Assembly: GCA_951406725.2 (NCBI GenBank)
Contig: OX597831.1
Location: 29,326,001-29,390,000 of the forward strand
DNA: 64,000 nucleotides
Source: Octopus vulgaris
Lineage: Eukaryota
Direction of reading: 5' to 3'
Of this stretch, positions 14,156-28,478 are shown one piece after another. The first letter of the stretch is position 1. Each line of letters starts with the position of its first letter. A program made the position numbers and the translations under genes. The notes beneath the pieces are model-generated. The model was not told where the DNA came from. It ran no database searches and saw only the letters and a program-made list of their open reading frames with translations.

Positions 14156-14522
14156 ATATTTTTAAATGTCTTACTTTGAAAAATTGCATTCGGTGGGATT
14201 AGTAAAATTTTTGGTAGAAATGACTAATTGTCCCTCTTAGCGTGTGGCATGTATGTATAATGCCCTCTGGCATGTATGTATAATGCCCTCTGGCATGTAT
14301 GTATAATGCCCTCTATATATAAATTAATATGTTCAATAAGAAATAATTATTTTCGAAATGTTTTCTCTTATGAGGTCTTTCACGCTATCTACCTGACAAT
14401 TTCTTGTTAAGTTTTCCTTATTAAGTAGTTGTCCTTAATTGCTAAATTATATATATATATATATATATAGGTAGATAGATTGATACATACGTACGTACAT
14501 ACATTCATAAATGCATACATAC

Positions 14523-14569
<47 letters not shown>

Positions 14570-14584
14570 CACACACACACATGC

Positions 14585-15180
14585 ATATATGGGTACAGGA
14601 CGTCACCAAAAGTAAACAAGATGAACTATACGAAAGCAAATGAGTTCAATACGCAAACAACGAGAGAAACAAATGGAAAACAGGACAAGTAACATCAAGA
14701 ACGACCCTTCATCATTTGTCGGCTGTCTATCTACTCCTCATTTCGAGCAATGAACGACAATATGAGACTTCGAAGACAGTTGCTCCATAAGTACCAAAAT
14801 AAAATTTGGGATTTATGGAGAGTCAAAGTTGGGAACAAAAACAGGACAGTGGTGGCATACAAGGAAACCGAAAGAAAACAAACATGGAAGGTCGTTAGAT
14901 CAGAACGACGGTAAAATAACGAACGCTGGAGAAATATTTTCTTTGACTAGAGAAAAGTTAGAAGAGAGAGAGATCGGATACGTGCTGTCCTTAAAACAGT
15001 CCGGAAAGAAAAGAAGGATGATCAAGTGAAGAAGAGAAAGATGGACAATGGTCACGTGTGATCAACGAGAGCGAGAGAAACGGAGAGAGAGAGAGAGAAA
15101 ACGGTGAAGGGGAGGAAAAAGGAAATTACAGAAAGGATGAGAGAGAAAACAATAGAGAGTCGAATCAAAAAGACAAACTT
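14585..15180 (-). mobile_element. PLE-like family P2 (CT-rich body plus terminal repeat with permuted hammerhead)
   Basis: Homologous to 32100-32625 (+); a short terminal fragment also lies at about 15872-15928. Confidence 0.65.
14704..14766 (-). ncRNA. Candidate non-circularly permuted hammerhead (C3>A variant)
   Basis: The - strand reads CTCAT-A-TTGTCG-ttcatt-GCTC-GAA-ATGAG-15 nt-CGACAA-ATGATGA-A-GGGT. Confidence 0.55.
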
Positions 15181-15222
15181 ACTTGGCGTTCAATCAAATA
15201 ACATAAATAATATATATATATA

Positions 15223-15385
15223 GGCGCAGGAGTGGCTGTGTGGTAAGTAGCTTGTTTACCAACCACGTGGTTCCGGGTTCAATCCCACTGCGTGACACCC
15301 TGGGCAAGTTTCTTCTACTATAGCCTCGGGCCGACCAAAGCCTTGTGAGTGGATTTGGTAGACGGAAACTGAAAGAAGCCCGTCG
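15223..15385 (+). mobile_element. SINE family A, 5' half only
   Basis: Head to GAAGCCCGTCG, then (TA)n and a Helitron-type element. Confidence 0.88.
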
Positions 15386-15387
15386 TA

Positions 15388-15419
<32 letters not shown>

Positions 15420-15428
<9 letters not shown>

Positions 15429-15796
15429 GGCAGTTTGTCTGTGCGTGTTTCTGTGTGTCTGTTTGCTTGTACCCTCACCCTGACCACGGCTTTCAACCGA
15501 TTCTGATGAAACTTGACACACACATAGCCCAATGTCATAATTCAAAACTAACGCAGCGAAAATTTTGAAAAGTTCCCCCAGTTCTGAAATAAATCGATAA
15601 ATTCGACATGGGGTCGAGAATCAGGAATACGAACCACAAATAGTCTAGGGGACGCAACTCTACCTTTTTTAAATCTCAAAAAAAAATTTACCATCATTTT
15701 TTTTCCATTTTTTTGCTACTTTTTGGCTATAACTCTCTAAAAATGCTTTATAGTTATTTCCTTACAAACCTGAGCAACGCCGGGCGATACTGCTAG
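15420..15796 (+). mobile_element. Non-autonomous Helitron-type element
   Basis: 3' hairpin CCTGAGCAACGCCGGG followed by about 8 nt and CTAG|T; near-identical inverted copy at 19159-19534. Confidence 0.8.
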
Positions 15797-15861
<65 letters not shown>

Positions 15862-16152
15862 CTCTGTATGTATGCATATATGGGTGCAGGACGTCACTAT
15901 CAGTAAACAACATGAAATACGAAAGCAAATGTGTTGTTCAATATTGCTGCTAATTAATGGTCCGTTAACGAATTTATCCCATATTACTGTTCACCGCAAC
16001 CAACAAAGGACTTCATTATTACGATGGTGATGAAGTCTGAGGTGGAAAAGGATGCGAGGTAGCGATTATACAACCCAGTCAGACTACAATGGCATAGTGG
16101 TTAAGAGCGCGGGATACTAACCCAAGATTCCGAGTTCGATTCCAGGCAGTGA

Positions 16153-16816
<664 letters not shown>

Positions 16817-16873
16817 AATGATAATAATAATAATAATAATATTAATATTAATAATAATAATAATAATATTAAT

Positions 16874-16956
<83 letters not shown>

Positions 16957-17007
16957 CATCGAAAAAATACCTTAGGAATGAGAACCCAGGTTCGAAATTT
17001 CCCCCAA

Positions 17008-17053
17008 GACACCTAATGAAGGCTGGAGGGTATATCACCCGAAATGTTGTGTT
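17008..17053 (+). ncRNA. Decayed minimal hammerhead in the SINE-like tail
   Basis: GACAC-CTAATGA-A-GGCTG..CACCC-GAAATGTT-GTGTT. The sister copy at 35703-35740 has CTGATGA and GAAAC, so the two-copy consensus has a canonical core. Confidence 0.6.
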
Positions 17054-17423
17054 AACAACAAACAAGATGAGGACAAACATCCTTCAAATGTAAATAATGT
17101 AAGTAATGTCTCCCATTATCTTGTGGCACCGTTGATCATTTACTGATAAGCTTGGTGTCGGTTGTAGATCTCCACTGACCATTCACCCGTCATTACCACC
17201 AACACCACCACCACTACCACCACCACCAGTATATATTCATAAATATGTGGGTGCATCGGGTAAACCTCACCTGTCCTCCCCTTTACACTTCATATTGACA
17301 TTTCTGTGATTACGATCCCTATTGATCGAAAACCAACCCCCTTTTTTTTTACCCCCAAAAGAAAAGCTCTACCTTGTAATTTGTTCTGTCTGTGTGCAGC
17401 CCTGTGTGGCTAATAAAGAAACA

Positions 17424-17500
<77 letters not shown>

Positions 17501-17677
17501 CTTTTATCTCTCTCTATCTACACACACACACATATATATACATATGTGTGGGTGTGAGCATGTATGTGTGTGCATGTGTATGTGTGTGTATGGTGGTGTA
17601 AATGTGAATATACGTATGTATATATGCACACACATTTAGATAAGTATTTATATGTACACACAAACACACATACGCAT

Positions 17678-18245
<568 letters not shown>

Positions 18246-18700
18246 ACACACAATAGCGTGCGCGTACATCAACTGATAATATGAGTTAGTTTTGGGATGT
18301 TCACAATTTTAAAATCAACTAATAGCAGTAAAATCTGCCCACCTCAAGCTAAATAAACAATGTAAAACGTTCAATTTTTCGCCTCACGTAACACCAGACG
18401 ATCGATCCGCCATTTTGTGAGGATTAGTTTTCTAATTACATTTTTGCCTCCAAACGATATTTCAAGCAGACACACACGCACGCACACTCATACACATACA
18501 CACAGATTCACTCTCACACATACACACATACACATACACACATTACACATCACACATACATATATAACATAATATAACAATAATATTTGTAGTATATAGC
18601 ATATGTACATATGAAATATATGTGCATACGTACATGAATATATACATAAATATAAATACATACATGCATACATGCATACATACATACATACATACATACA

Positions 18701-18836
<136 letters not shown>

Positions 18837-18961
18837 TAGATATATATTTATAGATAGATATAGATAGATAGATAGATAGGTACATAGATAGATATAGATG
18901 TATATACATATATATACATATAGTCATGAGTACACATACATGTAGATATGTTTATATATAT

Positions 18962-19002
<41 letters not shown>

Positions 19003-19158
19003 CATACACACAGAGGCATATATACTCACTCACACATGATTATATGTATGTGCTTACATTATGTATACCCTCAAACACTCACGCGCTACAACACATATTT
19101 ACGCACATACATGCATACACACACACACACACACGCACATATATATTTATATAATATA

Positions 19159-19534
19159 CTAGCAGTATCGCCCGGCGTTGCTCAGGTTTGTAAGGGAAAT
19201 AACTATAAAGCATTTTTAGAGAGTTATAGCCAAAAAATAGCAAAAAATGATGGTAAATTTTTTTTTGAGATTTAAAAAAGGTGGAGTTGCGTCCCCTAGA
19301 CAGTTTGTGGTTTGTGTTTCTCATTGTCGACCCCATGTCGAATTTATCGATTTTTTTCAGAACTGGGGGAACTTTTCAAAATTTTCGCTGCGTTAGTTTT
19401 GAATTATGACATTGGGCTATGTGTGTGTCAAGTTTCATCAGAATCGGTTGAAAGCCGTGGTCAGGGTGAGGGTACAAGCAAACAGACACACAGAAACACG
19501 CACAGACAAACTGCCGTTTATATATAGAGAGAGA
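19159..19534 (-). mobile_element. Non-autonomous Helitron-type element
   Basis: On the - strand: A|TC 5' end, subterminal hairpin, CTAG|T 3' end, no target-site duplication. Confidence 0.85.
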
Positions 19535-19712
19535 TGCATGTATATATATATATTCAGCTAAACACTACATCTAATTTCGTCTGCAATATTTTCAAGTCAA
19601 AGGAACCAAAAAATTTACAACGATGCAATTAACAATAATACTAATGCTATTAATAGTAGTCATAGTAGTAATAGCAGCTGTAACAGCGGCGGCAGCAGCA
19701 GCAGCAGCATTA

Positions 19713-19760
<48 letters not shown>

Positions 19761-19800
19761 CAACTACTACTATTACAAATAATAATAATGATAATAACTA

Positions 19801-19890
19801 CCCTTATCAGACGGGTAGTCATGATGGGTATACTGGGCTTCGTGTATTTTACCCCAGTGTCACTTTGATGGCAAGCACTGCTCTCTCACA
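19801..19890 (+). mobile_element. 5'-truncated copy of the 555-bp (AAT)n-associated element
   Basis: CCCTTATCAGACGGGTAGTC...CACTTTGATGGCA matches 16726-16816. Confidence 0.85.
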
Positions 19891-19991
19891 CCATAACAAG
19901 AACAACAGCAACAACAACAATAATAATAATAATAATATTAGGAGTAGTAGTATTAGTAGTAGTTGTAGTAGTAGTAGTAGTAATAATAATG

Positions 19992-20041
<50 letters not shown>

Positions 20042-20123
20042 GAGAACGAAAAGAAGAATAAGAAAAAGTAGGAGAGGAAGAAGAAAAGAAAATAATAATA
20101 ATAATAATTCGTTAATAATGATA

Positions 20124-20159
<36 letters not shown>

Positions 20160-20603
20160 GTGATGATGATAAAATAATAACAATAATAATGAGGAGGAGG
20201 AGGAGAAGACTAGGAGGAGGAGGAGATGGAGAAGGAGGAGGAAGCTGATGATGATGATCTTCAAGACGAACAAGAAAAAAATGTATATTTAAGAAAATAC
20301 AAAATGTTGGAAAAGAACAACACAAGAGCAAAAAAAAAAAATCCAAAATAAAACAAAAATCATCACCTAGTCCTCTCCCCACCTGACATTATCACCCTTG
20401 GTAAAAAAAAGCTAAAAATATTAAAAAAGGGAGAGAAAACAGGAAGTCAGATTAAAACAACTTCCTTCTTTGCTACATGACAAACAAATAGTTTAGTTTC
20501 CTTGTCATGTAGAACAACAAGCCATTTGCACCTGTTAACACCTGCAGTTTACATACACCAAAATATTTCACTTGAGTCTGCAGTGTATATATATATATAT
20601 ATA

Positions 20604-20654
<51 letters not shown>

Positions 20655-20789
20655 TTGTGTTTGTGTGTGAGTGTGTGCATAGTGGTATATGCATAGTTAT
20701 GTGGTGAATGCATGAGGTTACTGTATACGAATGATAATTGACTTCTTTTCTAAGTATTCATAGATGAAAGAACAAGCTTATTGTCGCTG

Positions 20790-20832
<43 letters not shown>

Positions 20833-21349
20833 TGTATGTATGTGTACGTATGTGTGTGTGTGTATAAATAACGTAACCTGCTCACATACATATATGTAAA
20901 TGTAGCTTGTGTCATAAATATATGTGTGTGTGTGTGTGTGTGTGATTTATTGACGTCATACGGAGCTAGAAACTTTGAAAGAACGAGAAATAATAATTTC
21001 TCTTGTTTTTAGAATGGAGGAACTTGTAGCAGATAGAGCTATAAATATCTGTGTGTAAATGTTAGGTTAAAAATCCCTTTGCAAATAAAAAGACAAAGAA
21101 TGATGGCCAAATAATAACACGTAGAACGAATGTAATTATATGGAAAATAGCATAAGCCATTTCCGTATTGTAATCAGTTCTTGTCTTTACAGCCGTTTCA
21201 AATGATCGACGAATGGTTGATATAATAATGAATGTCATGCAAGCAGCTGCAATATTAAGGCACTATCACTCATAAACATAAAAGCAAAGTTAGTATCTAT
21301 AAGCATAAATAATTTTAGCTGAGCATCTCCGTGCGCCAGATTCACAATT

Positions 21350-21880
21350 CAGTGATCCCTCGTTTATCGCGGTAGATTGGTTCCGAGACCGGCCGCGATA
21401 ACTGAATTTCCGCGAAGTAGGGACACCATATTTACAGTATTTATTTAACATGTATCTGGACTTTTAAAACCCTCCCTGTGCTGTTAAAAACCCACCCATT
21501 ACAGTAGTGTATTAATAACAAGGACAACTGTTAAGCAATAACACTTTAGATTTTAAAAAATAAAGATTGTTACTGTACTCAACACGAAAGAAGTTGAAGT
21601 AAAATTTGAATGATGATGGTGATGAATTTGCTACGCAGTAGAAATGATGATAATGAAACTGACGGCGGTGCCCTTTCCAAAGGTGCAACTGTAGTAGTAG
21701 CAGTAGGAACTGGCTCTTTTTTGCGAGGCTGTAAAAGCATTGTGATAGGAAGTTGTTGCCGCTGCTTTTTTTTTCCGTTCAAAGAGCATCTTGTAGGGAT
21801 TTATGGCTTCGTCGACCTTGTTGCAAAATTGCACAGAACGAACCATATCGTCGTCCCATTCCTGTGACCCCTCTTTCAAT
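21350..21880 (-). mobile_element. pogo/Tigger-like transposon 3' end
   Basis: Tigger-type terminus CAGTGATCCCTCGTTTATCGCGG. The - strand peptide QEWDDDMVRSVQFCNKVDEAINPYKMLFERKKK(Q)RQQLPITM resembles pogo/Tigger transposase C-terminal tails. Confidence 0.65.
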
Positions 21881-22605
21881 TCTTTGGGAAGTGCCGTGGA
21901 GCTTCGTCGGCGTCCAACCACTGAGCTGAGCGTCGCCGGTTGTCGTAAAGAATCCACTTTTCATCGCAAGTCACAATCCGGTCGAGAAACGGGTCGTTCT
22001 TGTTGCGTAAAAGAAGGGAAGACGACACTTCAAAACGGTGTTCTTTTTTTGGTTGTCGTTCAATTCGTGCGGCACCCATTTCTCAAGTATTTTTGTTTTT
22101 CCAGTCTATTTCATGTGGTTGGAAATTGTCGTATACGTTACGTTTAAATCAGAATCAAGCTCTCGAACAGTTGTGCGTGAATTGGCTTCGACTAAGGCTC
22201 TTAGTTGATCGTTGTCAACATCCGATGGCCGACCACTACGCCTATCAACTTCAAGACTCTTGTCACCGCTACGAAATTTCTTGAATTACCATTGTGCTGT
22301 ACGTTCATTAGTGGTTCCTGGGCCAAACGCACCGTTGATATCGCGAGCTGTTTCAGCAGCTTTTCGGCCAAGCTTGAACTGGAATAACAAAATTGTGAGA
22401 ATTTGCTTTTTGTCCATGTTGTATTCAACGTTCCGGAAAAATTGGATTAATTATTCAAAAAGAAAAAGAGTAACACGATTAGGTAGAGCGAAAAATGGGC
22501 TTCAAAATGACATATAAAGTCAAAGTAATTTAATGAAAATTAATTTGAAAATACATCATTTAAAACCAAAATTAAAAATTCCGCAAAAACTTTCTTGACA
22601 ACCTA

Positions 22606-22606
<1 letters not shown>
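21881..22606 (-). mobile_element. mariner transposon 5' half, decayed
   Basis: TIR TTAGGTTGTCAAGAAAGTTTT with TA; peptide FKLGRKAAETARDINGAFG...RSGRP...WVPHEL...FLDRIVTCDEKWILYDNRRRSAQW with stops and frameshifts; the catalytic 3' half is missing. Confidence 0.92.
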
Positions 22607-22668
<62 letters not shown>

Positions 22669-22737
22669 TATATTTACGTTTTATACATATATTTTTACAC
22701 ACAAATATGCAGTCGGAAATGAATGCATCTATCTATA

Positions 22738-22825
<88 letters not shown>

Positions 22826-23745
22826 GATCTATCTATCTATCTATACATACATACATACATACATACTTACATACACACACACACATATATATAGGTACAT
22901 GTATATTCATTAATATGCATTACATATATGTGTGCGTATGTATATACTTCTTTGTGCATGTTTTATATATATCATTATATATTTTAGTACCTTATTTTAT
23001 AACTTGTATATATATGAATATATACATATACACACACACATATATACATATATACGCATACACACACATGTATATATGCATTCTATGCATCTATGTATTT
23101 ATTTATTTATTTTTATCTGTATATGTATATATATTCATGTATGTACTGTATGTATGTATGTGTGCATGTATGCATGTTTGTCTGTCTGTCTATATATATA
23201 TATATGTATGTATGTACTGCATATATGTGTGCATGTATGCATGTTTGTCTGTCTGTATATATATATATGTATGTACTGTATATGTGTGTGTATGTATGCA
23301 TGCATGCATGCATGCGCAAGCGTGTGTGCGTGGGAGTCCAGAATCCATGATAAGCGATCATCCAGTCACTCTTGAGCCAATTACGATATAATCACCGGCT
23401 GACTAATGTCCGTTCTCTTGTAATGTCGTCCATTGGTGGATGTTTTTGTGACTGGCTCATTGCAGCAAGAAGCCAATTAGCACTGGTCACTGGCCACTGA
23501 CGACCGTCTCATGATAGTCCTAACTGACCATAACTGACCGTAATCATTGGAACAAATCAATAGGTTAATAGAATATTTACGTTTCTGTTCTATCATTATT
23601 TATCTATCATTATTGTTGTTGTTGATGTTGTTGTTGTTGTTTCGGATCTTTTATTCTGACATTCTGTAATTCAGTGATCTTTAACGTCTTCTTTTTATTC
23701 CTTCTTCATTACTAAATACGCTTGTCTGTCTGTCCGTTTGTCGCC

Positions 23746-23834
<89 letters not shown>

Positions 23835-24051
23835 CATCCATCCATCCATCTATCCATCCATCTCTATATGTATGTATATGTGTATGTATGTATGTATGTA
23901 TGTATGTATGTATGTATGTATGTATGTATGTATGTATGTATGTATCTATCTGTCTGTCTGTCTGTGCATCTGTGTGTCTGTGTCTGTCTGTCTGTCTCTG
24001 TGTGTATCTGTCTATTTATATGTCTGTTTGTCTGTCTGCATGTCTATCATC

Positions 24052-24103
<52 letters not shown>

Positions 24104-24170
24104 CTGCGTGTGTACCGTTGGCGATTTTTTTCCCTCTGTCTTCCCTTCTCTGGATCTTTCCTTCTCCTAT

Positions 24171-24205
24171 GTTTCCGACGAAGAGCTCCGCTCGAAACAT
24201 TAAAC
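24171..24205 (+). ncRNA. Decayed minimal hammerhead within an about 200-bp PLE-like fragment (about 24110-24308)
   Basis: GTTT-CCGACGA-A-GAGC-TCC-GCTC-GAAACATT-AAAC: stems I and II intact, U4>C and G16.2>A. Confidence 0.6.
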
Positions 24206-24306
24206 CCTCCTTCTTTCCTTCTTTCCTGAGCGTCCAATAATACTATATTTGTTCTACGTCCTCGCGTTGTTGTGTTTTTTTTGTGCTTTCATGTTTGGAT
24301 TAACTT

Positions 24307-24337
<31 letters not shown>

Positions 24338-24384
24338 TTATATATGTGTGTGTGTTTGTATCTCTGTCTCTCTCTCTCTCGCTC

Positions 24385-24447
<63 letters not shown>

Positions 24448-24603
24448 GTGTGTGTATATGTATGTATGTATACTACCACGAAACACACGTCTTCTTATTT
24501 ATAAATCGATTTATCTGTCTGTCTGCGTGTCGCTTAATCATCATCATCATCATAATCATCATCACCATCATCATCATCATGATATATTTATACCTATATT
24601 TAT

Positions 24604-24649
<46 letters not shown>

Positions 24650-24849
24650 ATGAGTGTATGTGAGTGTCTCTGTGTGTATACGCGCGCACACACAACACAC
24701 ACCTTCCTATATATAAATCTATCGATCGATCTTTCTATCTTTCTATTTATCTAGCAATCGATCACTCGATCTAGCTAGTCATCGGGATATGTAAGGCATA
24801 TACGTAACTAAATATGTAGGTGTGCATAAGTATATACATGTATGCGTAT

Positions 24850-24890
<41 letters not shown>

Positions 24891-25125
24891 AGTGGGTTTA
24901 CGTGTTTGTATGTGTCAATTTAATCTCCCGTTATCTCACACAACCTACCAATCATCATCTTTCGTCTGTATTACCTCCTACTCTCGACCTTTCTCCACCT
25001 ACCCCTTCTACCCATCATTCTCTGCCGTCTCCACCCCGCCCACAGTCCGCTCTCCATCTCTGACATCTGTCATTATTTGTACTGTTACGATAACCATTCA
25101 TTATTACCGTAGCCTTTGTTTATGC

Positions 25126-25163
<38 letters not shown>

Positions 25164-25375
25164 TTGAAAGAGAGAAAATGAGAGAGAGAGAAAGAAAGAA
25201 AGAGAGTGAAAAAAAGAGGGACATACGCACGTACACAAATGCACACACACACAGACATATACATACATGCTTACACACCTTGTGAACACACACGCACACA
25301 TATATACATACATGCTTACACTCACGTTGTGAGCATATATGTATATATATATACATACACACACACACACACACT

Positions 25376-25417
<42 letters not shown>

Positions 25418-25622
25418 CACACACATACATATATTATATATATATTTCTATATCTATCTACACACACACACACACAGATATATATATATATATATAATAA
25501 CACGTATATGTACATATATGTAAGTATATATATATGTGTATGTATATATATATATTATACACACATATATACATATATATATACATATATATACATATAT
25601 ATGCATATACCTATATATGTGT

Positions 25623-25658
<36 letters not shown>

Positions 25659-26044
25659 GATATATAAACACTCGCACATAAATATTTTCTTTCTTCTAAT
25701 CAACAACCTGGTTGAACACGAGGAAACAATACCGCCATTTTAACTGTTATTTCTGTTTCATGTTTTTTGCATAAAAAGAAAGCAAATCAAAAAAGAAAAG
25801 GAAAAAAATCAAAGAAACAAAAAACAAAAAGAAGCACATCCGTGTTTGATAATTATTCTAATTAGGAATCTGAAGAGTTATTCTTTACCAGTTGCAGGTG
25901 CATAATGCATGGTATGCACCTGTTAAATTATGTTCATAAAACACAACTGACTGCTCTGGGCTAAGAATATTAACATATTTAGATGATGTATGAGATTTTT
26001 GTCTGTTTTACATTGGGAGGGAGTTTTGTGTAAGCTTTTGTGTA

Positions 26045-26485
26045 GATTTGAGCGGATCTGTGTGCCTTTCTGTAGACCTTGCGTATCTGCGTAGGTTTGT
26101 GGGCCTGTGTGCTTCTGTAAGTCTGTGTGTCTATGTATGGTTTTGTAGTTCTGTGGGTTTCTGTGTCTATGTATTGTCGGTTTGCTTGTTTGTATGGGTT
26201 TTAGGGTTATTATATTTCTATAGTTTGTGGGTCTGTGTGTTTATGAGTTTGGGTATTTGTGTGACTGTATGCCTGTGTGTTGTGGGCCCGTGTGGGTTTG
26301 CGGATCTATAGGTCTGTGTAGATCTGGTGGCCTGTGTAGGTCCATGGGTCTGTGGATTTGTGTTTTTGTGCAGGCCTCCAGGTTTGTGTGTTTATGAGGA
26401 TCAGTGTGTCTGCATATCTATGTGTTGTTGGTTTATAGCTCTGTGTTTCTATAGTCTAGTGGATCTGTAGGTCTGTGTTTGTGTG
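26045..26485. repeat. Degenerate TG-rich minisatellite-like tract (TGTGGGTCTG-like units)
   Basis: Recurring GGTCTGTG/GGTTTGTG words; low complexity. Confidence 0.5.
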
Positions 26486-26492
26486 TGAATAT

Positions 26493-26547
<55 letters not shown>

Positions 26548-26736
26548 TGCATGAGCTTGGGTCGGTGTGAGTCTGTGTGTATGTATGCTACGAGGGCCAA
26601 AAGCCTAGTAGTCGTAGTGTAACACTCACGGTCGCAAGGTCGTGGTTTCGACTTCCAGTCCGGGCGGTGCGTTGTGTGCTTGAAAAAAATCATCTTATTT
26701 CACGTTCCACTCCAATCTCTTCGACATCTGAAGTGC

Positions 26737-27152
26737 GGCGTAGGAATGGCTGTGTGGTATGTAGCTTGCTTACCAACCACATGGTTCCGGGTTCAGTCCC
26801 ACTGCGTGGCACCTTGGGCAAGTGTCTTCTACTATAGCCTCGGGCCGACCAAAGCCTTGTGAGTGGATTTGGTAGACAGAAACTGAAAGAAGTCCCTCGT
26901 ATATGTGTGTATATATGTATGTATGTGTGTATATGTTTGTGTGTCTGTGTTTGTCCCCCCCCCAACATCACTTGACAACCGATGCTGGTGTGTTTACGCC
27001 CCCATAACTTAGTGGTTCGACAAAAGAGACAGATAAAATAAGTACTAGGCTTACAAAGAATAAGTCCTGGGGTCGATTTGCTCGACTAAAGGCGGTGCTC
27101 CAGCATGGCCGCAGTCAAATGACTGAAACAAGTAAAAGAGAGTAAAGAGTAA
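26737..27152 (+). mobile_element. SINE family A, full length
   Basis: Consensus match; preceded by a family B head fragment at about 26590-26715. Confidence 0.9.
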
Positions 27153-27321
27153 ACCATGCACCTGTACAGGCAATAGCAATTTGATGGGAAGAATGAGGTC
27201 AATGTGCAGATCAAATATTTGATCACTATAAAACAAAATCATCTGAGCAGGAGGTTCAGTAAGAAATTGTTGAACCGTCTTTCTCGAATCGTGCGTTGTG
27301 TGTTTCTGAGTTTATGAGTAA

Positions 27322-27834
27322 CTAGCAGTATCGCCCGGCGTTGCTCGGGTTTGTAAGGGAAATAACTATATAAGCATTTTTAGAGAGTTACTTCCCTTAT
27401 AGATGCCAATTCGGGCTTTCTTAGCCATTTCTGTTTTGGTGTCTTCAAGCCATGAAGTCGTTGTTCTAAAAGAACGCTGGTCTCCTTGACAACGCTATAC
27501 GACGTTGATTTCCTTACACTCCCTTCCCCACAGCTTCACGAGGGAAGGAAGAAGGGGGAGAAGCAAACAGGTGCAGGTGTGACCATGGACGCCAACTCCG
27601 CCGCCATCGACACACGAAAAATTATGCATTAAAATGGAATAAAAAATGATGTTAAATTATTTTAAAAATCGTAGACTCATCGTAGACGCGCGCTAATACC
27701 CAGACGGGCTCGATATGAATCACGACTATAAGATACCCGAATTTGGTTAAACTGCACCGCAAAATGTGGGAGTAGTTAGGAATCTAAATCGAAGGGGACA
27801 GACACTCACACAACTACAGTTTTATATATATAGA
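27322..27834 (-). mobile_element. Non-autonomous Helitron-type element, second subfamily
   Basis: A|TC...CCCGAGCAACGCCGGG...CTAG|T; shares only the 3' about 70 bp with the 15.4 and 19.2 kb copies. Confidence 0.82.
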
Positions 27835-28433
27835 TTTACGCCATGATTGAAGTATTTCTTGAAGTGTTTGTTGGTAGTCGTTTGTTTTAGTATTGTTTCA
27901 TGCTGGTCAATTCAAAATATATTAAATCCTGTAATATCTTCTACAAAGAATGATAAGGTAACACGTCTACTCACATGTGTTTGTGTATGCGGGAATATCT
28001 GTCTGTGCGTCTTTCTGTCTGTGCGTCTTTTTGTCTATCTGTCTGTCTGTCTGTATGTATGTATGTATGTATGTATGTATGTATGTATGTATGTATGTAT
28101 GTATGTATGTATGTATGTATGTATGTGTAAGCGTGTACGTATGTGTGCATACATACATAAGCACTACCTGGGTATGTATGTTTACACACATGCAAATATA
28201 TATCTATCTATCTATAAATATGTGTGTGCGTATATGAATATGTTTTTGCGCATGTATGTACGTATATATGTATACAAATATAGATAGAAAGATAGATAGA
28301 TAGATAGTTAGCTAGCTAGCTAGCTAGCTAGATAGATAGATAGATAGACTTAAATACAGATATATACACTTACTTTCATACGTATATATACCTCCACACA
28401 TTCGCAATGTACAAATACTCTCATATGTGGGTG

Positions 28434-28475
<42 letters not shown>

Positions 28476-28478
<3 letters not shown>

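Larger units (their letters stand above)
13600..14448 (+). mobile_element. PLE-like insertion: inverted arm, partial pseudo-LTR, spacer, full pseudo-LTR
   Basis: 13600-13796 is the reverse complement of about 14105-14325; 13796-13949 is directly repeated at 14295-14448; internal 23-bp tandem unit GGCATGTATGTATAATGCCCTCT (3 copies vs 2 in the inverted arm); (TA)n on both sides; contains a hammerhead. Confidence 0.8.

Noticed and set aside
15495-15520. CTGATGAAAC in the Helitron-type element
   Set aside because: No room for stem II and no flanking helices.
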